Source of the DNA: a virus | Lineage: Duplodnaviria; Caudoviricetes | Length of the DNA stretch: 33,437 nt | Reading direction: 5' to 3' (one strand) | IMG/VR virus record: IMGVR_UViG_3300032104_000113 | Location: 1-33,437 of that record | Part shown: piece after piece, positions 26,159 through 33,437 of the stretch | How the letters are laid out: each line of letters begins with the position of its first letter | Numbering within the stretch: the stretch's first letter is position 1 | Notes under the pieces: generated by a model | The model's input: the letters and a program-made list of their open reading frames with translations, nothing else | Database searches by the model: none | Told to the model about the DNA's origin: nothing | Made by a program: the position numbers and the translations under genes

Positions 26159-27307
26159 ATGGCAGAGGCCTTAGTCAATAAAAGCACGCTGGCAGTGAAA
26201 CTGGAGTCCATTTACGGGCTCGATCCCACCATTGCGGTTGGCGATGTCATCGAAGCCGCCGGCGTTCCCAACCTGAACAATGAATTTGAATTAAAGGAGA
26301 GGACGGTCGTCAAAAACACCTTCTCTACGCTGGAATCGGTTCGCGGATCGGAGTCTGCAAGTGGGGAAATTCCTGTCGAACCGAAGGGCAGCGGGACAGC
26401 AGGTGTGGCGCCGGATGCCGATGCGCTCTTTGAGGCCGCGATCGGGATCAAGACCGTGACGTCGGCCAGCACTACGAACGCCACAGCGGCATCGGCTACC
26501 ACCGTTGTCGAACTCGTCGCCGGAGGCGTTGCGGCGATGGGGATCGTTGTGGGAGATGCGATTTATCTGCCGACGGTCGGGACCGGAGAGGTGGTCTGGG
26601 TGATATCTATCGCCACAGACGCATTGACCGTGAGCCCCGCACTGAGTTCGGCTCCTGGATTGGGCGTGGCCGTGGGCGCAGGCGTTCATTACAAATTGAG
26701 CAACGCCGGCCTGAAATCGTTCTGGACCGAGTTCTGGCGCGGCGACATCACCAAGGAGACCTACCCCGGGAACACGGTGGAGTCTCTTGCCCTGAACTTT
26801 AGTACGGGAGAAATAGCGACGGCCGTGATGAGCCTGCAGGGACAGAAAGCGCTTGCCCCCGTTACAGAGGCTTACGGTCTGGGAACGCCGGTGTTCGACA
26901 GCACGACGCCCATTGTGGCCGTGAACATGGTTCTCACGGTTGGCGGGGTGAGCACGCCCCTATCGGCGCTTTCCCTGGAACTTGCCAACACCCTGCTTCG
27001 AAAGATGGACATGACCACGTCCGGAACGCAGAAGATTCTACAGACCAAGAGGAAGCTCACGGGCTCGTTCAATCTCCTGTACGAAAGCAAGGCCATCGAA
27101 GACGATTTTCAGGCAGATACCAAGTCCGAGATCCGCATCGTGGGAGGGTCCGTTGCGGGGAACATCCTCGCCATCAGACTGCCTCTGGTGCGCTACACGG
27201 CCACCCCGAAGTCGGACGACAGCGGGACCTTTAAATATGACGTGGCGTTCGAGGCCGTCCCGTCTTCTGTAGGAGACGATGAGCTGACTTCCTATTCGTA
27301 CCTTTAA
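26159..27307 (+). CDS. Major tail (tube) protein
   Basis: GGGAGG RBS, ATG at 26159; VKLESIYG, ASGEIPVE, RKLTGSF; precedes chaperones and tape measure. Confidence 0.8.
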   Translation: MAEALVNKSTLAVKLESIYGLDPTIAVGDVIEAAGVPNLNNEFELKERTVVKNTFSTLESVRGSESASGEIPVEPKGSGTAGVAPDADALFEAAIGIKTVTSASTTNATAASATTVVELVAGGVAAMGIVVGDAIYLPTVGTGEVVWVISIATDALTVSPALSSAPGLGVAVGAGVHYKLSNAGLKSFWTEFWRGDITKETYPGNTVESLALNFSTGEIATAVMSLQGQKALAPVTEAYGLGTPVFDSTTPIVAVNMVLTVGGVSTPLSALSLELANTLLRKMDMTTSGTQKILQTKRKLTGSFNLLYESKAIEDDFQADTKSEIRIVGGSVAGNILAIRLPLVRYTATPKSDDSGTFKYDVAFEAVPSSVGDDELTSYSYL

Positions 27308-27365
27308 AACGGGAGACGTACCCTTTTACGGTATAAGCCTATAAACCAGGAGGAGGTATAAAGGC

Positions 27366-27716
27366 ATGGCCATCACAGCACTCTCAAAAAGAGAACGAGA
27401 CTACGTTCTTAAATGCGATCGCGATTCAAAAGACCCCACGGTATTCAAACTGAGGAGCCTGGACCGGTTTGAGTCCGCCGAAGTTCAGAGGAAGATCAAA
27501 GACCCTCAAAAAGAAAATGCCTCAGACCTCATTGACAAGTACCTTTCTCAGGGCCTTATTGGGTGGACGAACCTGAAGGACCCTGATGGGGAAGAGGTCC
27601 CATTCTCAAACGATAACCTGCGCCTTCTCGGATTCGATTATTCCAATGAACTTCTTCTGGAAATAACGGGAGCGGTTTCTCCGGAAGAAGAAAAAAACTC
27701 CGTCAGGCAGTCCTGA
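27366..27716 (+). CDS. Tail assembly chaperone (gpG-like)
   Basis: LIGWTNLKD..GEEVPF pattern; ends at a slippery site. Confidence 0.8.
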   Translation: MAITALSKRERDYVLKCDRDSKDPTVFKLRSLDRFESAEVQRKIKDPQKENASDLIDKYLSQGLIGWTNLKDPDGEEVPFSNDNLRLLGFDYSNELLLEITGAVSPEEEKNSVRQS

Positions 27717-28072
27717 TTGGAGAGTGGCTTCAGCATGATGCGGACGCCGCTCAGTGGGATTGCCGGTTTTGCAAAAAGAAGAAGTTGCAGTCGTTCCGAA
27801 ACTGTGGTCTGCCCGGGGAGCCTGAGTATAAAAAGGCCGCACTTACGGTGATCGATGAGGTCTTTGCATCATGCCCCATTTCTTCGATTAACCAAGAGGC
27901 CTCTGAGGTGATCCGGATCGTGAATATGTGTGAAGGAGAGATGGGTGGAGTGAGGCTTCCCAGCCAGGTTTTAAGCGAGACGGCTTATTACCACAACGTC
28001 AGGTCGATCGTTCTAGGAGAGCAGGGACGCATTTATAAAATCAGACAGAAGAAGGACAAGAAAAGGAGGTAG
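27692..28072 (+). CDS. -1 frameshift extension of the tail chaperone (gpGT-like)
   Basis: A AAA AAC at 27692-27698; the -1 frame is open from there through ORF 27785-28072. Confidence 0.75.
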   Translation, partial: KKLRQAVLIGEWLQHDADAAQWDCRFCKKKKLQSFRNCGLPGEPEYKKAALTVIDEVFASCPISSINQEASEVIRIVNMCEGEMGGVRLPSQVLSETAYYHNVRSIVLGEQGRIYKIRQKKDKKRR

Positions 28073-28074
28073 CG

Positions 28075-28473
28075 ATGCGAAAACTAATTATTTCAATGGT
28101 CACGGTCTTGTTTGTGGCTCTGGCGGGTGCGTCCTTTGCGGCCAACGGAGATCAGCTGTTTTCCATGCGGAACCAGCTCAGGGTGCTGTTTCTTGACGCA
28201 CAATCGACCTCGGATTCAGGGGTCTGGTTTGAGGTGAGGGGATCGCTTCACAAGGCCTTCAGCGTAGATGCTCTGGAGACCGGTGCCATTGCGGAGATTA
28301 TGTGCCTAAACGCAAAAACAAAACCCGCAAATGCAAATGACGGTCCTGTGGCCGTGACACTCACCCCGGCCGTTCTGGCCGGAGTCGTGAATCAGTCATT
28401 CCGGTATTGCAAGGCGAAGAAGACCCAGGGTGGCACACCCGCCCCGTCGACACTGATTATGGAGGGAAGATGA
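28075..28473 (+). CDS. Beta-rich protein with N-terminal signal peptide
   Basis: AAGGAGG RBS; MRKLIISMVTVLFVALAGASFA/ANGD. Confidence 0.7.
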   Translation: MRKLIISMVTVLFVALAGASFAANGDQLFSMRNQLRVLFLDAQSTSDSGVWFEVRGSLHKAFSVDALETGAIAEIMCLNAKTKPANANDGPVAVTLTPAVLAGVVNQSFRYCKAKKTQGGTPAPSTLIMEGR

Positions 28474-29066
28474 TGTTGAACCGAAAATCTATCGCGGTTG
28501 CCTTCGTGTTTATTTTTCTTCTGGCTTACGGGGCCTACTCTCAGATAGCGACATCTTGTATTCCGGGCCCAGGGGTTCTGTGGTGCAACGACGGAACAAA
28601 TATCAGGCTGTCCGATACGTCCCTGGGCGTGAGTATCTCGAGTTCTCCGGATGTGGCCCTTCTCGGGTCTGCCAATGTGTTCACGGGGGCCAATAGCTTC
28701 TCGGCCACTAACTCCTTCAACAGAATACGGTCTTCTCAGGGCACAGCCCTGGTGTCCGGTGATTTTGCGCTCTCCGCAGGATGGGGCACCACGGCCTCTG
28801 TCGGGACGCTTTCCGGAAACGATATGAGGGGCAGTTTTACGGTCACGTCTGCGGGGACTGGACAACTGGCCAATCCCACAATCACGCTGACCTTCACCGA
28901 CGGGGCTTTTACTTCAACACCAGAGGTCGTCGTTGCTAGAAATGGGGGCGATCAGGCGACCCTAGCGATTGATTGGACCAAGTCCACTACGCAGATCGTG
29001 ATCACGCTGAGGGGGACCCCCGTGGCCACGCAGACCTTTAGCTTCTCCTTCATCACCCTGGGGTAG
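28470..29066 (+). CDS. Ser/Thr/Gly-rich fibre-like protein with N-terminal signal peptide
   Basis: GGAGG RBS; MMLNRKSIAVAFVFIFLLAYGAYS/Q; ANVFTGANSFSATNSF repeat; beta-sandwich-like C-terminus. Confidence 0.7.
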   Translation: MMLNRKSIAVAFVFIFLLAYGAYSQIATSCIPGPGVLWCNDGTNIRLSDTSLGVSISSSPDVALLGSANVFTGANSFSATNSFNRIRSSQGTALVSGDFALSAGWGTTASVGTLSGNDMRGSFTVTSAGTGQLANPTITLTFTDGAFTSTPEVVVARNGGDQATLAIDWTKSTTQIVITLRGTPVATQTFSFSFITLG

Positions 29067-29074
29067 CTCTTAAG

Positions 29075-32000
29075 ATGGCCCAAATACCGATCAAAGTCAT
29101 CACGGACCGTGCGGCCCTGAATCAGACCATACAGGCCATCCGTGCCATCAATGAGACGATCGATAATGTCCGGGCAAACCTGGTGCGCCTGGGACGGGAG
29201 GTGGCACGTGGTGTTTCCTCTGCGAAGGCGGCCGCGGCCAAGGCCACGTCCGGCCCGGAAAGAAGTAGGGCACTTACAGGGATAGAGAGTGAACGTCAAC
29301 GGGTCATATCGGACCAGACTAGACTTGATGTCGAACGCCTGAGAAGTATTAAGAATATCGGACTCAAAAAGAAGGCGTTTCTCAACAGCATCACTAGAGA
29401 CATCGAAGCAAAGACCACTGCGAGCATCAAGAGGATAGATGCACGGAGAGCGGCTGCAGCTAAATCAGAAATAACAAGACAGAAAGCACTCTCCAGCACA
29501 ATAGCCAGGATATCCGGGACAAGAATCTCAGCCGTCCCGGGCGTTCAATCCCTTATCGTGGGAAGGCTCGGGCCAGACCTCACTAAATCCCTAAAAGAGA
29601 TGGATAGAATCGGGGACTTTTCTAAGTCCATTTCAGGTATGAAGAACCTATCCCGTGAAGCGGATGTGTTGCTGGAACAACTTCCTCGCATACAGAGATC
29701 GTTCAAACTTGACGACAAGACAATATCGGGGATGCGGCAGACCCTAACAACCTTCCAGGGTCTTCGCAAGATTGGCAACCAGAATGTTGGCTTCTTTACC
29801 AAAATGCGAGAGCAGACCGTCGGGTTTGTCAGGCAGGTGGAGAAGTACGCCGTCTTCCAGATCAGGTGGTTTGCATCGGCGGCGATCCTGTTCGCGATTC
29901 CTGCGGCTATAGGAGCAGCCATACGTTCAATAGTCAAATTCGATCAAGCCCTTGCAACGATCAAAGGTGTGACTGGGGCGAGTGCCGCCGAAATGAGACT
30001 TCTGGCTTTTGCCTCGAGAGAGGTCGCCCTTACGACGCCAGTTGCCGCTACGGCAGCAGCAGAAATGGGGCTGAAACTGGTTCAGGCAGGTTTATCGGCG
30101 CGCGCTGCCGCAAAAGCCATGCAGGTGGTCGCTAAGGTTTCCACGCTTTCCTCAGAAGATATGACTGCCGTAGCAGGGGCGATGACGACAGCGATGTTTG
30201 CGTGGAGAATCTCGGCAAATGAGTCAGAGCGGATTGGGAATGTTCTTGCCGCGACGCTTAACTTTTCCAGGTTACAGATTGCAGATATCGGGATTGCCTT
30301 CAACTTTCTTGCCTCTGTATCAGCCACCTTTGATCAATCCCTGGAAGACACCTCTGCGGCGATCGCAGTTCTGTCTAACCGGGGGCTGAAAGCCTCAACC
30401 ATCGGGACTGGCCTGTCAACGATGCTTGTCAGACTGGCATCTCCCACTAAAAAGTTTAGACAGGAGATGGATCGTCTGGGCGTGAACATGGAAGATGTCA
30501 ACCCCAAGACAAACAAGCTATCTCAGATCGTACGTACACTGTCTGAGGCCGGGTTCGATGCGTCTCGATCTATGGAGCTTATGAACTTGAGGGGCGGTCG
30601 AACGATGGCTGCATCCATGAACGCCGGTGCTGCCGCGATCGAGAGGATGGAGAAGCGCATCGCAAACTCTAAGCAGTTGTCGGACGGATTTGATGAATCC
30701 ATGAAAGGCGTCGGAAATCAACTCAAGCTCATGAAGAATGTCATCGAGGCCCTGGCGCTTGCTTTTGGTGTAGTTCTGATACCGGCCATGAAGACTTTTT
30801 CTCATATTATTGGTTTTCTTGGGCGCAACGTCATTGCTGTCTCAAGGACATTTGGTCATTGGGGGATAGTCGTCATTCCCATACTGGTGTTGGCTCTAAA
30901 CGCCCTTAGAAGGTCCATCACCGGGGTCGCTGTCGCGACAACAAAGCTACAGAAGTTGTTTTTGGTCCTGACGGTTTTAGAATTGGGTGGATTAATCCAT
31001 CGCTTTCTCTTCGGGGACCTGGAAATCAACAAGATTACCCGTGGTCTCGCCAGAGTTCAGGCTGGATCCGACGATATGTTCAAGGGCATTGCGAAGACAG
31101 CGACCGCTGAAGTCGGGAGCATTGCGGATGTCTTTGAAGATCTCAGGATCAAAATTGCAGACAGTTTGGGGAAGGTTCCCGTAGAACTCCCCAGAGTGGT
31201 CACCCTACTTACCAAGGATGACATTTTAGGACAAATGCAAGACATTCTAAAAGAACGTAACCGTCTGCTTCAGGAAGTCAAGGAGTTGGGTCACAATTTT
31301 GATTTTCAGGACCTGTTGCCCAGTGTTCAGGAGGGTGTCCTGGAAGACATAACGTCCAATATTAATGCTCTGGTTGACTCGTATAAAGTACTTGGAAATC
31401 AGCTCGCATCAGCACTCGAAGAAGTCCTTAAACCAGAATCCCAGGAACGCCTTGTCAGCGACTTAATACAGAAGACATTCCGGTCTGCAGATCGTGACAT
31501 CAAATTCCATACCGATAGAATCAGGCAGGCCTGGTTCGACCTTAAACTAGCCCTGGAAGTAGGAGACGCAGACGGGGCAAAAAAAATATCCAAGATCATT
31601 TCAAAAGAAACTCTTGCAATTTCAGGGAAAATAAGGGACATGGAGTCGGGTTATAAAAAGGTTCTGACCGTCCTGGCGGACCCGACCCCTATCCAAAAAA
31701 TAAAAGACACATTTTCGGATCTTCGCAAGGCTGTTGATTTTCTCATGGACAATGAGACCGCGCGCAAGGCTCAAGACATAACGATTTCCCAACTCAAAGA
31801 ACAACTTAGACTCCTTAGACTCATTGAGCAAAGGAAAATCGCTATTTTACAAATTCAACCTAAACTTCCTTCTAGGATAAACCTACCGACAAGGGAGGGC
31901 GTAACTACAAGCCTGTCCGAAAAAAACGAACGCCTCACGGCTATCTTTGATCAACAAATTGGAACTGTGATTGTGCTATCTGAAGCCTACAACACCTTGA

Positions 32001-32584
32001 GCGAAGCCTTCCTTGGAAACAGTGATGCACTTAAGACAAGAAATGCACAGATGGAGGTTGGAATTTTCCTGCAACAGGTGTTTGCGGGTGCAGTAGCATC
32101 TACAATCCTGGGAGAGCAAAAAGCGTCCGTTGCCATTAAGAGGGCTGCCGCTCAATACATTGCCGCTTTGGCTGCCCAGGCCGCTATCCACTCCCTTTTC
32201 CAAATCGCTTTAGGCTTGGGTAATCTTGCCCTTGCAGCAATGGGCCACCCAACCGCCGCGGCCGCCGCAAATCTAAACTTCACATCCGCGGCCAAATCTG
32301 GAGCCATCGCAGGAATAGCAGGGGCCGCGGCTAGAGGACTCAATCCGGGGAGGTCCGGTGATGTAGGTTCTCCTGGGAACCCCGCGGTCACTCAAGGCCT
32401 TGGCTCCAACAGTTCAACACAGCAGTCTCAGCCCATACAGGTCAACCTCACCATATACGCAGACGACACGGAGCGCATCAATTTTGACAGGGTCATCGGG
32501 GATCTCTCTGATGCCTTGGGTGAGCATCTCGGTCGCGGGGGGACACTTGGCCCCATTGATGTCACCGTATTGGAGAGAAATTAA
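29075..32584 (+). CDS. Tail tape measure protein (TP901-like core)
   Basis: 1169 aa, Ala-rich helical; FDQALATIKGVTGAS and LSNRGLKASTIGTGL core; hydrophobic segments. Confidence 0.92.
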   Translation: MAQIPIKVITDRAALNQTIQAIRAINETIDNVRANLVRLGREVARGVSSAKAAAAKATSGPERSRALTGIESERQRVISDQTRLDVERLRSIKNIGLKKKAFLNSITRDIEAKTTASIKRIDARRAAAAKSEITRQKALSSTIARISGTRISAVPGVQSLIVGRLGPDLTKSLKEMDRIGDFSKSISGMKNLSREADVLLEQLPRIQRSFKLDDKTISGMRQTLTTFQGLRKIGNQNVGFFTKMREQTVGFVRQVEKYAVFQIRWFASAAILFAIPAAIGAAIRSIVKFDQALATIKGVTGASAAEMRLLAFASREVALTTPVAATAAAEMGLKLVQAGLSARAAAKAMQVVAKVSTLSSEDMTAVAGAMTTAMFAWRISANESERIGNVLAATLNFSRLQIADIGIAFNFLASVSATFDQSLEDTSAAIAVLSNRGLKASTIGTGLSTMLVRLASPTKKFRQEMDRLGVNMEDVNPKTNKLSQIVRTLSEAGFDASRSMELMNLRGGRTMAASMNAGAAAIERMEKRIANSKQLSDGFDESMKGVGNQLKLMKNVIEALALAFGVVLIPAMKTFSHIIGFLGRNVIAVSRTFGHWGIVVIPILVLALNALRRSITGVAVATTKLQKLFLVLTVLELGGLIHRFLFGDLEINKITRGLARVQAGSDDMFKGIAKTATAEVGSIADVFEDLRIKIADSLGKVPVELPRVVTLLTKDDILGQMQDILKERNRLLQEVKELGHNFDFQDLLPSVQEGVLEDITSNINALVDSYKVLGNQLASALEEVLKPESQERLVSDLIQKTFRSADRDIKFHTDRIRQAWFDLKLALEVGDADGAKKISKIISKETLAISGKIRDMESGYKKVLTVLADPTPIQKIKDTFSDLRKAVDFLMDNETARKAQDITISQLKEQLRLLRLIEQRKIAILQIQPKLPSRINLPTREGVTTSLSEKNERLTAIFDQQIGTVIVLSEAYNTLSEAFLGNSDALKTRNAQMEVGIFLQQVFAGAVASTILGEQKASVAIKRAAAQYIAALAAQAAIHSLFQIALGLGNLALAAMGHPTAAAAANLNFTSAAKSGAIAGIAGAAARGLNPGRSGDVGSPGNPAVTQGLGSNSSTQQSQPIQVNLTIYADDTERINFDRVIGDLSDALGEHLGRGGTLGPIDVTVLERN

Positions 32585-33400
32585 ATGCTTTCTGTTCCTC
32601 CAAAAATGCAACGCGCTATCGATGACGGAAACTTCCAGCCCGTCGTGTACGCCGAAATAACGACTGACTACATTGACATCCCCCGCGATCAACAAGATCA
32701 GTTCACGGATGGCACGTCCAACATTAACAACACGAACCCGAAGAACGTCATCCTAAATCAACCCGCCTTACCGGGAGACTTTCGAGAGACAGAAGTTCTC
32801 GTGAGGCAAGGGTTTAAAGATCAGAGAGTGGGTGCTGGCTTCGGGCATGTTTCTTCCGAGATACCCATACTAAGATCCTTCGCCTTTACCTCCGTTCCAA
32901 TCATTGTAACCTCGGCCCATGGACTTCAAACATTTTCACTTGGGGATGCCGATAACCAGGCGGTGAGGTTGAGATCGATAAAGGTCACGCTGGCAAAAGC
33001 CCACAGCAATATAACCTTGTGGACCGTACACGCGAATATATTTCTCGTGAATAACCGCGGGGTCCTGGTCGGCATCGGTGGAGAAGAATTGACAACGATC
33101 CATAGTGTCGTTTTCGGAACGGGCTCCGGGAGCGCGACCAACTCCATCCCCATCGCATCCGTCCCGACAAGCCCGAGTGCTCCTGCTGATTTCACCTTTA
33201 ATTTTGACGTGGACCTCACTGCAGGAAGAAGGTATGCGCTCGTTCTTTTCTTTAAGAAAAATGCAGGAGCTATCATAACCCGTCTTCCGGGTCTTTTCTG
33301 GTATGGATCGGACATAAATATAAACCCTGGTGAGTTTGGATACGGGACGAACCTAAGCGTAGGAACCGGGGATCTTTCCCTGTCGAGGTTCAGAAATTAG
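32585..33400 (+). CDS. Tail tip/distal tail protein (3' end uncertain)
   Basis: Immediately follows the tape measure; beta-rich; DLTAGRRYALV. Confidence 0.55.
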   Translation: MLSVPPKMQRAIDDGNFQPVVYAEITTDYIDIPRDQQDQFTDGTSNINNTNPKNVILNQPALPGDFRETEVLVRQGFKDQRVGAGFGHVSSEIPILRSFAFTSVPIIVTSAHGLQTFSLGDADNQAVRLRSIKVTLAKAHSNITLWTVHANIFLVNNRGVLVGIGGEELTTIHSVVFGTGSGSATNSIPIASVPTSPSAPADFTFNFDVDLTAGRRYALVLFFKKNAGAIITRLPGLFWYGSDININPGEFGYGTNLSVGTGDLSLSRFRN

Positions 33401-33437
33401 ATAAAGAAATAAGTCAATTGACCTCTAGTATCTTTTC

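Noticed and set aside
556-33315. Numerous minus-strand ORFs in the track (e.g. 23807-24445, 18491-19024, 20479-21003)
   Set aside because: They are antisense shadows of well-supported plus-strand genes and show no motifs
1-33437. Genome-wide stop-codon reassignment
   Set aside because: TAA, TAG and TGA all terminate well-defined genes with tight downstream coupling, and long genes are intact under the standard code

Overview
The window is a nearly all plus-strand segment of a tailed dsDNA phage or prophage, probably a siphovirus with a lambda-like head gene order. The early/accessory arm (about 0.5-14.6 kb) carries small HTH regulators, a DEDDh exonuclease, a Cas4-like nuclease with a LAGLIDADG intein, a recombination-directionality-factor-like protein, a C5 methyltransferase with a nested alternative-frame partner, a HerA-like ATPase, HNH remnants, a Dam-type methyltransferase and a RuvC-like nuclease. 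Several small genes in this arm look damaged. The morphogenesis arm (14.7-33.4 kb) runs terminase, portal, S49 protease, decoration protein, major capsid, neck genes, tail tube, frameshifting tail chaperone, tape measure and a tail protein. The most notable signal is two copies of a ~75-nt switch-like RNA leader (antiterminator-type hairpin overlapping an intrinsic terminator), placed directly upstream of the major capsid and tail tube genes and each preceded by small candidate regulator ORFs. Two signal-peptide-bearing proteins also sit inside the tail module. All family assignments are by eye from motifs; no searches were run.
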